Of a stretch of DNA of 64,000 bases, positions 32,296-41,900 are shown one piece after another. Under the pieces are notes generated by a model. The model saw only the letters and a list, made by a program, of their open reading frames with translations. It ran no database searches and was not told the origin of the DNA. Position 1 is the stretch's first letter; each line of letters begins with the position of its first letter. The position numbers and the translations under genes are program-made. The DNA comes from an uncultured Candidatus Rokubacteria bacterium (GTDB lineage: Bacteria > Methylomirabilota > Methylomirabilia > Rokubacteriales > DASRDR01), in assembly GCA_963805625.1 (NCBI GenBank), contig CAWDVE010000010.1, positions 480,001 to 544,000 of the forward strand, in the 5' to 3' direction.

Positions 32296-34155
32296 CTAGC
32301 CGAGCAGGTGCGCGATCGCCTGCTCGTCGGCGGGGCCGACCGCCGTGAGACGCATCCGCACGAGGCCCGGGGCATCGCCGGGGAGCACCTTGGCGTAGAT
32401 GGCCTCGGAGGGCCGGGAGAGCGGCGGCGGGTACTGGAGCCTGAGCTTCACGTTGGTCAGCGGCGCGAGGGGCTCGGCCATCTGCGCGTGGAGCTCGCGC
32501 TTCTCGAGGCGCACGAGGCGCCCCGTCAGGGCGTCGGGGCGAATGATCTTCCCGTCGATCACCCAGCACTCCAGCGAGAGGTCGACGGTCACCTGACGTC
32601 CGGGCTCCGGTGCCGGCGGTGCAGAGGCCCGCTCGAACCGGCCCCCGAGCCCCTGGAGCTCGTGGACGATGAGAGGCTCGGAGAGACCCTTCACCTGGAG
32701 AGCGGTCGGAGGCCCGACCCGCCCCAGCGTTCCCAGCTCGGCCAGGGTTCGCGCGGTGAGGAGGACCTGGCCCCCCACCGTCGCACTCTCGACGCGGCTC
32801 GCCACGTTGACCGCGCTCCCCACCACCGCGTACTTCGCCCGCTGCTCGGAGCCGATGTTGCCCACCACCGCCTCTCCCGTGTGAAGGCCAATGCCCATCT
32901 CGAAGGCAGGGAGACCCCGGCGGACGTGTTCGGCATTGATGCCGGCCAGCGCATCCTGCATCGCGAGCGCGGTCGCGGCCGCCCGCTCGGCGTGGTCCGG
33001 GTGCGCCACCGGCGCGCCGTACACCGCGAAGATGGCGTCGCCGATGAACTCGTTGATCGTCCCCCCGTGGGCGATGACGACCTCCGCCATGCGGGCGAGA
33101 TAGCCGTTGAGGATCTCCATCACCTCCTCGGGCGCGCCCTGCTCGGCGAATCGCGTGTAGCCCCGCAGGTCGGACATGAGCACCGTCACGATCCGTTTGG
33201 TGCCGCCGAACCGGAGCCCTTCCGGCGACTCGAGGAGCGCTTGGGCGACTTCCGGGGACACGTAGCGGCCGAACGCGGAGCGAATGAAGTCGCGCTGGCG
33301 CAGGCCTTCCAGCATGGAGTTGAAGGCCTGCGTCAGCCGGCCGACCTCATCCCGCGACGCCACGCGGAGCGGCGTGGAAAGATCCCCCGCCGCAACGCGC
33401 GAGACGCCGCCCGTCAGGAGCGCGATCGGCCGTGTCAAACGGCGGAGGACCAGGAGCCCGAGCACGAGCGTGGCGACGGCCCCCACCCCGCTCGCCAGCA
33501 GCAGGGTGTTCCGGAGCTCATGAAGCCGGTCGAGGTAGATCTCGACCGGGTAGGCCACATGGAGGAGGGCCTCCGGACGTCCCTGGGCGTCGAGGATCGA
33601 CGCGAAGCCGGAGATCCACAGGCCGCCCTGATGGCGGTACACGCGCGTGTAGCGGGCCACACCATCCCCGAGCGTCCAGCCCATGGGCTCGATCAACTCG
33701 GGAGCCAGGGGGTATGAATCGCCTGGCCGCCCGGGTCCGCTGCTGGCGATAACCAGCCGGGCGCTTCGGGCGGCGGGCTGGACGCCCGTGAGGATCGTGA
33801 TCGGGCTCGTGAGAAGGGTCTCGTCCTGGATGGCGGCGAGGGCCCGGCGTGCCTCCTGATAACCGGCGGAGTCCGGCGACTGGCTCGCGCCGACCCCCAC
33901 GTGAAGGCGTGGGTCCAGCGCGGCCACCCGGGCGATGTTGAGGAGCTGCGTCCCGACCGAGTCCTCGACCTCCCGCTGCTGGCGCGTGTAGGTCATGGCT
34001 CCAACCGCGCCCACGGCGAGGAAGGTCACGGCCGCGAAGAACGCGGCCAGGCGGACGCTGAGCCGCTGCCACGGCCGGAGCGGGGGCGGCGCCGCCGTCT
34101 CCGGGCGGCCTGGTATGGCAGCCTCAGGCCTGTGCTGACCATTCGACTTCTCCAT
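32296..34155 (-). CDS. Membrane-bound class III adenylate/guanylate cyclase with HAMP domain
   Basis: Two TM segments, HAMP (DEVGRLTQAFNSM), SDLRGYT, FIGDAI, GIGLHTG, GSAVNVASRVE. Confidence 0.88.
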   Translation of the reverse strand: MEKSNGQHRPEAAIPGRPETAAPPPLRPWQRLSVRLAAFFAAVTFLAVGAVGAMTYTRQQREVEDSVGTQLLNIARVAALDPRLHVGVGASQSPDSAGYQEARRALAAIQDETLLTSPITILTGVQPAARSARLVIASSGPGRPGDSYPLAPELIEPMGWTLGDGVARYTRVYRHQGGLWISGFASILDAQGRPEALLHVAYPVEIYLDRLHELRNTLLLASGVGAVATLVLGLLVLRRLTRPIALLTGGVSRVAAGDLSTPLRVASRDEVGRLTQAFNSMLEGLRQRDFIRSAFGRYVSPEVAQALLESPEGLRFGGTKRIVTVLMSDLRGYTRFAEQGAPEEVMEILNGYLARMAEVVIAHGGTINEFIGDAIFAVYGAPVAHPDHAERAAATALAMQDALAGINAEHVRRGLPAFEMGIGLHTGEAVVGNIGSEQRAKYAVVGSAVNVASRVESATVGGQVLLTARTLAELGTLGRVGPPTALQVKGLSEPLIVHELQGLGGRFERASAPPAPEPGRQVTVDLSLECWVIDGKIIRPDALTGRLVRLEKRELHAQMAEPLAPLTNVKLRLQYPPPLSRPSEAIYAKVLPGDAPGLVRMRLTAVGPADEQAIAHLLG

Positions 34156-34184
34156 TCGACTTTCTTTCGACTTCTTTTCGACTT
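34142..34184. repeat. Four phased direct repeats of TTCGACTT
   Basis: Copies at 34142, 34155, 34166 and 34177 (spacing 13/11/11), overlapping the cyclase start region. Confidence 0.7.
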
Positions 34185-34537
34185 CTAAGGATGCGCCGTT
34201 GCCATGCGGCGGTCTACCCCACCAGGCCGGGCCCTGGTCGGAGGGCCCAGGGCGCCGTCAGGCCGCTCGGCGCGGGAGTATCCCAGTTTGAGAGACGCGA
34301 CTGAACGGTGCTACGCTGACTTCGTGCATGGTTTCCCGTGGGCGGCGCGTGGTATCCGGGCGTGATGAGCCCAGGCGTGGTGGCGGCATCGCCCCTTCCA
34401 CGGGGTCTGAGTCGCCCTGACCCTCCGCGGGGCTCGGGTCGGCCGTCAGCAGACTCCGCGCATCCCGTCCCTCGAGAAGGTATCCTTCCCTTGTGGCCCT
34501 TCGTGGAAATCATCGACACGCTTCGAGGAGGCAACCG

Positions 34538-35035
34538 ATGAGGGTCAGATCACGCTTCGCCCCGGTGCTCCTGGCGCTCCTGGCGGCCGCGCTCCTGCCG
34601 GGAGCGGCGCGCGTGGGCGGCGCTCAGCAGCCGCCCATTGAGCTCATCCGGGTCGATCAGCTGAACGCCTTGCTCCGGAAGGGCACGGCGGCCCAGGTCA
34701 TCGACGTCCGGAGCCGACAGGAATACCTGACGCGCCACATCAAGGGGGCGATCTCGATCCCCCTCGACACGATCGAGCTGCGCGCGGGCGAGATCTCGCG
34801 CCAGGGCCTGGTCGTTCTCTACTGAGCGTGCCCACACCACCTGGCCAGTTTGGCCTACGGCAAGCTCCAAGCGTTGGGATACCGGAACCTGAAAGTCCTC
34901 GACGAGGGCATCCCGGGCTGGGTACAGAAGGGACTGCCGACGGAGGGCTGGGAGTCGCGCGGGCCGTTCGTACCGCACGGCGACGAGACCTACCGCGCCG
35001 TGGGGGTAGAGCCTCCCCCTCGCGCGACGCAATGA
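34538..35035 (+). CDS. Exported rhodanese-like selenoprotein (UGA read as Sec at codon 96)
   Basis: ORFs 34493..34825 and 34850..35035 are in the same frame and join as VVLY-UGA-ACPHHLA...LDEGIPGW. The UGA sits at the rhodanese active-site position, a hairpin follows it, and the distal stop overlaps the fur ATG. Confidence 0.8.
34826..34865 (+). promoter_or_regulatory. Candidate bacterial SECIS element
   Basis: Apical stem GGCCA/TGGCC with a G-first GTT loop 22 nt after the UGA; lower stem GCGTGCC/GGCAAGC. Confidence 0.55.
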
Positions 35036-35508
35036 GCACGGGCCCCGGCGCACCGGCGGTCCGCGAGGATCCCCGGGATGCGATCCCGCGCCTCCTGGCG
35101 GGTCGGGGCTATCGAATCACGGCGCCGCGCCGGGCGGTGCTGGACGCCCTCGCGTCGAGCCAGGAGCCGCGCACGGTGGCTCAGCTCCACCGCGCCCTCG
35201 GCGGCGGGCGTGTGAACCTCGTCTCCGTCTACCGCACCGTGAAGCTTCTCTGCGACGTCGGGCTGGTGCGCGCGACCGACGCGGCCCAGGGCCAGCGCCG
35301 CTACGAGCTGGCCGAGCCGTTCATGGCGCACCATCACCACATGATCTGCCGGCGGTGCGGTCACATCGAGGACCTCGACGGCTGCCTGCTCGAGCCGGAC
35401 GTGCTGGCGCGGTTGGGACGGCGCGTCAGACAGTCCCACCGGTTCCGCGTCACCGATCACGAGCTGCGATTCTTCGGGGTCTGCCGGCGCTGCGAAGGCG
35501 GCGCCTGA
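35032..35508 (+). CDS. Fur-family transcriptional regulator
   Basis: RITAPRRAVL, VSVYRTV, HHHHMICRRCG, C-terminal CRRC. Confidence 0.88.
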   Translation: MSTGPGAPAVREDPRDAIPRLLAGRGYRITAPRRAVLDALASSQEPRTVAQLHRALGGGRVNLVSVYRTVKLLCDVGLVRATDAAQGQRRYELAEPFMAHHHHMICRRCGHIEDLDGCLLEPDVLARLGRRVRQSHRFRVTDHELRFFGVCRRCEGGA

Positions 35509-35679
35509 GCGGGCGCGATCCCTCAGGCCCCGGCCCAGGCGCCCAGGAAGAGGACCAGGCCCAGACGGAGGATCGCCGCCGCGCCGAGCACGCCCAAGAG
35601 CCCTTGAGGCAACACCGCGGGAGCGTGACGCGGCCGAGGTCTCCTCATGCGACGATCGTGTCGACTGGGAAACTTTTCC

Positions 35680-36681
35680 ATGCATGCGATGGTCTTGCGC
35701 CGCCAGGGGTCGATCGACTTTCGCACGCTTGAGAGAGCGGAGGTGGCGGACCCGGAGCCGCGTGCCGGCGAGATCCGGGCGCGCGTGCAGGTGTGCGCGA
35801 TCTGCCGGACGGATCTTCACGTCATCGAAGGCGATCTGCCGGCGCGCCGGCTGCCGCTGATCCCGGGCCACCAGGTGGTGGGCACCGTGGAGCGACTCGG
35901 ACCCGGCTGCCGCCGGTTTCGCGTCGGAGATCGGGTCGGGATCGCGTGGCTCCGGGAGACCTGCCACGTGTGCGAGCTCTGTCGCGCGGGCGCCGAGAAC
36001 CTCTGCGAGGCCTCGCGGTACACGGGCTATCACGAGGACGGCGGGTACGCCGAGCTGGCGGTCGTGCCGGAGGCCTTCGCCTACGCGATTCCCGCGGCCT
36101 TTTCGGACGTCGAGGCGGCGCCGTTGCTCTGCGCGGGGATCATTGGCTACCGCGCGCTCCGGCGCACGGAGCTGGGGCGCGGCGGCCGGCTCGGGCTCTA
36201 CGGCTTCGGCTCCTCCGCCCACGTGATCACACAGATCGCCCGGTACCGCGGCATCGAGGTGTTCGCGGCAACCCGGTCCGCAGGACATCGAGATCTGGCC
36301 CGGCGGCTGGGCGCCGTCTGGGCCGGGGCTGCCACCGAGCCGATGCCAGCGCCTCTCGACGCGGCCATCGTCTTCGCCCCGTCCGGCGAGATCGTCCCAC
36401 CGGCGCTCCGGGCGGTGCGAAAGGGCGGCACGGTGGTCCTCGCCGGAATCCACATGACCCCCATTCCCGCGATGGAGTACGGGCCGCATCTGTTCCACGA
36501 GAAGACGCTCCGGAGTGTGGAGGCAAACACCCGGCAGGACGGTGAGGATCTACTGCGCGAGGCGGCCGAGATTCCGATCCGGCCGTCCGTCACCGCCTTT
36601 CCCCTGGAGAGGGCCAACGAGGCCCTGGTCGCGCTCAAGGCCGACCGTCTCGACGGCACGGGCGTGCTGCTGGTCGGGTGA
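35680..36681 (+). CDS. Zinc-dependent alcohol dehydrogenase family protein
   Basis: ICRTDLH, PGHQVVG, CHVCELC...NLC, LLCAGIIGYR, GLYGFG. Confidence 0.9.
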   Translation: MHAMVLRRQGSIDFRTLERAEVADPEPRAGEIRARVQVCAICRTDLHVIEGDLPARRLPLIPGHQVVGTVERLGPGCRRFRVGDRVGIAWLRETCHVCELCRAGAENLCEASRYTGYHEDGGYAELAVVPEAFAYAIPAAFSDVEAAPLLCAGIIGYRALRRTELGRGGRLGLYGFGSSAHVITQIARYRGIEVFAATRSAGHRDLARRLGAVWAGAATEPMPAPLDAAIVFAPSGEIVPPALRAVRKGGTVVLAGIHMTPIPAMEYGPHLFHEKTLRSVEANTRQDGEDLLREAAEIPIRPSVTAFPLERANEALVALKADRLDGTGVLLVG

Positions 36682-36697
36682 CGCGTGGGGCGAGGAG

Positions 36698-37306
36698 TCA
36701 GACGGCGGGACCGACGACGAGCTCGAGCGAGGTGATGCGTCCCCCGTTGATGGGGACCAGATCCATGGGACAGGAGGAGACGGCCGCAACGACGTCGACG
36801 AGGCAGCGGAAGACGATCCGGTCGCCGGGACGCGAGGGCGCCGGGTGGAAGTTGAACTCCCCGTCGGGACGGGGCGGCGTCTTCATGAACAGGTTGACGG
36901 GGTCGGGGAGCTGCCACTCCTCGACGTGGTAAGGCGCGAGGGCCTCGAGAAGGTTCATGCGGCAGCTGCGGTGGTCCGTGAGGCCGAAGCGCTGGCGGTA
37001 GAGGGCCGGACTGCAGGCGCAGAAGAGGAGGTCGTGCACCCCGACGTCGTCCCGCACGATCTCGAGCACCGGTTCGCGGTCCTGGTTGACCAGGCGATCA
37101 CCGACCCGGAGGGTCAGGCGCCGCAGCGACGATCGCGTCTGGTGAGGCGAGACCGCCTTCCGCGGATCGGCCCGCTGGATGGCCACGAAGTCGGCGACCT
37201 GGGCTCCCTCGAGGTCGACGACCGACAGGAGCTCTCCCGCTGCGACCGGGATGGCCCCGCCATGCCCGGCGGGGACGAACACCGTACGCGCCTTCGGCTG
37301 ACTCAC
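36698..37306 (-). CDS. DUF1989 urea carboxylase-associated family protein
   Basis: DLEGAQVADF, HDLLFCAC, HRSCRMNL, PDPVNLF, SSCPMD. Confidence 0.85.
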   Translation of the reverse strand: MSQPKARTVFVPAGHGGAIPVAAGELLSVVDLEGAQVADFVAIQRADPRKAVSPHQTRSSLRRLTLRVGDRLVNQDREPVLEIVRDDVGVHDLLFCACSPALYRQRFGLTDHRSCRMNLLEALAPYHVEEWQLPDPVNLFMKTPPRPDGEFNFHPAPSRPGDRIVFRCLVDVVAAVSSCPMDLVPINGGRITSLELVVGPAV

Positions 37307-37377
37307 CGGATGCCTTCCCGCCGCCGCTTGGACATGGCCCCCTCTTCTCGCGGAGCCAAGCTCCGCGGATTGCGAGA

Positions 37378-37406
37378 ACTCTAGGGAGGCGCTCGGCCAG
37401 CGTCAA
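37378..37406 (-). promoter_or_regulatory. Sigma70-like promoter for the DUF1989 gene
   Basis: TTGACG-N17-TAGAGT on the minus strand. Confidence 0.55.
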
Positions 37407-37501
37407 GGGCTCCCATGGCGGCTCCCATCGGCGTGGCGGCGCCTCTCCTCGCCGGCCGCGACGATGCGCTACATCGTCGCGGCCGAGATCGACCCGCGGC
37501 A

Positions 37502-37806
37502 ATGACCCGTGTCTACACGGTGACGCTCCTGGCGACGGCCTTGCTGGTTCATGGGCTCCCACGCTGGGTCGAGGCAGCCAGCCAATACAACGCGGGCGAC
37601 CTCCTCACCGCCGCGGATGGCAGGCCGTAGGCAACATGACCGTCAGGACTCAGGAGTCGGCCATCGTGATTCCGAGCGGCCCGTACAAGGACGAGACCAT
37701 GCAGAGCGAGGGGCTCAGCTTCTGGCTGGGCGTGGGCGGCACGACGTCACTGACGCCGCAACAGGTCAAGGCGCTCGCGGACAGGATCGCGGCGCACCTG
37801 CGGTGA
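37502..37806 (+). pseudogene. Small exported protein, apparently frameshifted near 37625
   Basis: MTRVYTVTLLATALL...ADGRP* continues in another frame as VGNMTVRTQE...LADRIAAHLR*. Confidence 0.4.
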
Positions 37807-37830
37807 CGGCCGGCCCTGAGGCCGGCTCTC

Positions 37831-38514
37831 TCACCCTGGGAGGGTCCAGCGAAGCCAGGAGGCCCGGAGCCGCCAGGGCCGCTCCTGACGGCGCTTGAAG
37901 CGCGGGGCGCCACGGTAGGCGCGTACCGCCTCGTCGAGAGCCGCGCGCGCCCGATCCGCATGGCCCGTCGCTAGGTAGGCGCGCGCCAGCTTGTACTGCC
38001 CCTCGACGCTCGAGGCATGCACCTCGGTGAAGCGCTCGAGATGCGCGAGGGCCTCGGCGGGCTGGCCGTGATCGAGGTAGTAGTCGGCGAGCCGGAGATG
38101 GGGCTCCCCGTAGCCGAGACGCGGGTCCCGAGCAAGCGCCTCCTCGATCAGCGGGCGGCCGTGGAACTCGTCACCGAGGCGGAGGCGGGCGGCCCCGAGG
38201 TAGTAGGCGGTCTCGGCCACCTCGGGCGCCCGGGCGTGAGCGGCTTCCAGGTGGGGCAGCGCCCGGGCCGGGTCTCCCGCCTCGACCAGCAGGCGTCCGA
38301 GGTCGGCCCGGGCCGTGGCGTCATGGGGATTCATCCCGACGGCCCGGCCGAGCTCGCGGATCGTCAGCCACCGGTCGATGGCGCGCGGGATCCGGAAGAG
38401 ACGGGCCGAGAGGTATCCGTACCCGGCGGCCCAGACCACGAGCACGCCCAGAAGCGCGAGGATCGGATTGCCCGTCATCCACGTGAGGACGCCGAAGAGA
38501 AACAGGTTCCTCAT
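37831..38514 (-). CDS. Membrane-anchored tetratricopeptide repeat protein
   Basis: N-terminal TM segments, then TPR repeats (ARADLGRLL, AYYLGAAR, GQYKLARAY). Confidence 0.75.
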   Translation of the reverse strand: MRNLFLFGVLTWMTGNPILALLGVLVVWAAGYGYLSARLFRIPRAIDRWLTIRELGRAVGMNPHDATARADLGRLLVEAGDPARALPHLEAAHARAPEVAETAYYLGAARLRLGDEFHGRPLIEEALARDPRLGYGEPHLRLADYYLDHGQPAEALAHLERFTEVHASSVEGQYKLARAYLATGHADRARAALDEAVRAYRGAPRFKRRQERPWRLRASWLRWTLPG

Positions 38515-38636
38515 GAGCTCACGATAGAGGCGAGACCCACGCGCGGGCAAGCGGACGGAGCGAGGCCCCCCCGCGCCCTGACGGGGCTGACGCGACGCAA
38601 GCCGACGCTCGGCGCACCTTGCGCGCAGAACGCCGC

Positions 38637-38972
38637 TCACGGGCCGATCGTCAGGAGCGCGAGCAGCATGGTCAGCGTAACCACGCTGACGACGGTCGAG
38701 AGCACGGCCGCCGCCGAGACGAGCGCCGGACGCGCGTCGAACTCCAGCGCCCTGAGGGCCGACGTCACCGCCGTCGGGGTGCTCGCCTGCACCACGGCCA
38801 CCGCGAGCGCCATGCCCTCGAGTCCGACGAGTCTGCCCACGGCCCAGGCGATGGGCGGGACGGCCACGAGTCGGATGGCCGTGGCCAGCGCCGCATCCTT
38901 GGCGTCCTCCCGCACCGTCAGCCGGGCCAGCTGGAGGCCGACGAGCAGGAGCATCAGCGCCACGGCGCCCAC
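38637..38972 (-). pseudogene. AEC/auxin efflux carrier family transporter, C-terminal fragment
   Basis: LMLLLVGLQL, IRLVAVP, QASTPTAV, VLSTVVSVVTL; the N-terminal two-thirds is missing. Confidence 0.65.
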
Positions 38973-38992
38973 GGATAGGGGCGGTTGGCCGC

Positions 38993-41900
38993 TCAGGCCT
39001 GCGTCGCTGCCTGTCTCAGCCAGAAGTCCATGTCAAGCTCGCGGTACATGGTTGTCGCGGCGCGGACGTGCTCTCCGGCCTTGACCTCGTCACCGGTGTG
39101 CCGGTAGACCTTGCCCAGGCCGAGGTGGCAGTGGGCGACGAGGGGGCGCATGCCGAGCTCGGAGGCCAGGGCCATGGCGGCGCCGTAGCGCGCTTCGGCC
39201 GTAGCTACGTCGGGACGGTCATGGTGCAAAGCAATCTCGCCGAGAAGGCGAAGCCCCCAGGCCTCGGAGCCACGGTGACCGCGTTCCCGGGTCAGCGTCA
39301 GGCCGCGTCCTGCCAGCGTGAGAGCGTTCTCCGGCCGGCTTGCCAGCAGGTACGTCTCCCCGAGATGGATGAGTAAGGGCGACCGCCACTGGACCATCGC
39401 CATGGCTTCCATGGCCGCCAGCGCTTCCTCGAGCAATCCCAGGCCCTCGGCAACACGGCCCGACAGCGTATAGAGATAGCCCAGCTGGTCCGCCACTTCC
39501 GGCGACAGTTGCGGGAGATGTCGCTCACGGGACAGCGCGAGACCGCGCTCGGTCAGGCGGATCGCGTGGTCGAGGTTCCCCCGGGCGCCGTGGACGCGGC
39601 CCAGGCCCCGTAAAGCACAGATCAGGCTGTACGGGTGGTCGAGCATTTCGGCGAGTCGGACCCCCTCCTGTGCCTCGACCATCCCCCGGTCGAACTCGCC
39701 GCGCTCGGAAAGGGCCAACGTCCAGAACATCCGAGACATCACGGAAGGAAATCCCGCCAGACCACAGCGCTCACGAAAACGATCGCCCTCGAGCAGCTGG
39801 AGGATTCGCGGGAAGAACTCGTCAGTCCGACGATAGTCGCCCGCGACAAAATAGGCCGTCCCGAGGTAATAGTTCGCCGCCACGCGAAGCGGGAGATCCT
39901 CGAGCGCCTCGGCAATCGTCAAGGCGTCCTCGGCGAACTCGGGCGCATCCGCCGCGTGCCCGGTCTGTCGGGTGTGCTCGCTCAGGTACGCGGCAATCCA
40001 TCCCAGGCGTCGCTGATCGCCAAGCTCCTGGGCCTGGCGTTCCGCGTCGCGCAGATGCCCGAAGCCAGTCTCGAAGCGTCCGAGGGGCCAGAGCGAGTTT
40101 CGGAGAGCGAGGCGAACGTCGACGCCCTGCTCCAGCGTCTCCCGGGTGGCCGGAAGATGGCTCAACGCCGCCAGCGCCTGCTCGAAGGACGCGACCGCCT
40201 CGCGGTTGGCCGAGCGGGCGAAAGCCTTTGCCCCCGCCTGCCGGAGGTAGTCCACTGCCTTGCCCCAGAACTCGCCCCGGTAGGCATGGTAGGCCAGCTG
40301 CTCGATGTGCTCGGTCAGCCGGTCGGCGTAGAGTGCCTCGGTGGCGTCGACGATTCGGGCGTGAAGCGCGCGGCGGCGGTCCTGGAGCAGGCCTCCGTAG
40401 GCGACCTCGTGGGTGAGCGCATGTTTGAAGGTGTACTCGAGATCCGGGAAGAGGGTCGTCTCGTACAGGAACTCGGCCGCCTGGAGGTGGGTGAGCCCGC
40501 GGCGGAGAATGTCTTCCGGCACGTCCGCGATGGCCTGCAGGAGCGCGAACGACACGTCCTTCCCGATGACGGAGGCGGCCTGGAGCAGGCGCTTCTCCTC
40601 GGACGCCAGTCGGTCAATGCGCGCCGCGAGGATCGCCTGCGCCGTGGCCGGGATCTGCCACGCGTCCGGCGCCTTCGTCATCCGATAGGCCCCCCGTTCC
40701 CCGACCAACACGTGGGTCTCCACGAGGGACCGCACGCTTTCCTCCAGGAAGAAGGGATTGCCCTCCGTCCGCTCGATCAACATCTGCTTGACCGGCGCGA
40801 GGGTCCGATCCTCGCCCAGGAGGACGTCGAGTAGCGCTCCAGCGCTTTGGGGCGGCAAGGGATCGATCCGGAGCTGGAAGTAGTAGGTCTTGCGGCCCCA
40901 GGCGTGCTCGTACTCGGGACGGTAGCTGACGAGGAGCAGGATACGGGCAGTTGGCAGGCTCTCGATGAGCCCATCGAGGAACGCCTGCGTTTCCGAGTCG
41001 ATCCAGTGGAGATCCTCGAAGAGTACGAGGAGCGGCTGGATCTGACTCTCCCGGAGCAGCAGCTGCCTGACCGCCTCCAAGGTCCGGTGACGACGCTGCG
41101 CCCGGTCGAGGGCGTCCCACATGGCATCGCCGACGGGGATATCCAGCAGGGCCAGCAGCGGCGTCAGGAGTGGCTCCAGAGTCCGGTCCAGCGTCAAGAG
41201 CTTGCCGGCGACGCGTTCGCGCACGGCTCGGGAATCGTCGCGCTCCTGGATCCGGAAATACGCCTTCAGCAAGTCGATGACGGGCAGGTACGGTGTGGCC
41301 TTCCCGTAGGAGACCGAGGCGCTGTCGAGCACCAGCCATCCGTGGGTACGGTGGGACCGTGTGAACTCCCAGAGGAGGCGCGATTTCCCCACGCCGGCTT
41401 CACCCACCACCGCAACCACCTGCCCGTGCCCTGCGGCGGCGCGCTCGAGCGCCTGAGCCAACTGTTGCAGCTCACCCTCCCGCCCGACAAAGCGGGTCAG
41501 GCCGCGCGCGGCGCTGGCCTGGAGCCGCGACCGCGCTGGGACGACCCCGGTCAGCTCGTAGACCTGAGCCGGGCTCTCGAGCCCCTTCACAGTGACCATC
41601 CCGAGCGGTCTCACCTGGACGTAGCCTTCAGCCAGGTTTAGGGTCTCGCCGGTGACCAGCACGGATCCCGGCTTCGCCATCTGCTCCATCCGGGCCGCGA
41701 GATGGGTCGTCTGCCCCACCGCGGTGTAGTCCATGTGGAGGTCACTGCCGATGGCGCGCACGACCACCTCGCCGGAGTTGAGCCCCACGCGGATTTGGAC
41801 CGGCGTGCCACCCTCGCGCTGGATCTCGTCCGCGTAGAGATTGACCCGTCGCTGCATTCGCACTGCCGCATGGCAGGCGCGGACCGCGTGGTCTTCGTGG

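Noticed and set aside
35523-35726. 67-aa minus-strand ORF with a hydrophobic tail
   Set aside because: Overlaps the ADH start and has no clear RBS; at most a gene remnant
37307-37420. Guanidine-I (ykkC) riboswitch upstream of the DUF1989 gene
   Set aside because: The conserved ykkC 3' stem and GGGAUAAAAGCCCG-like core are not visible. Reported only as an unclassified leader.
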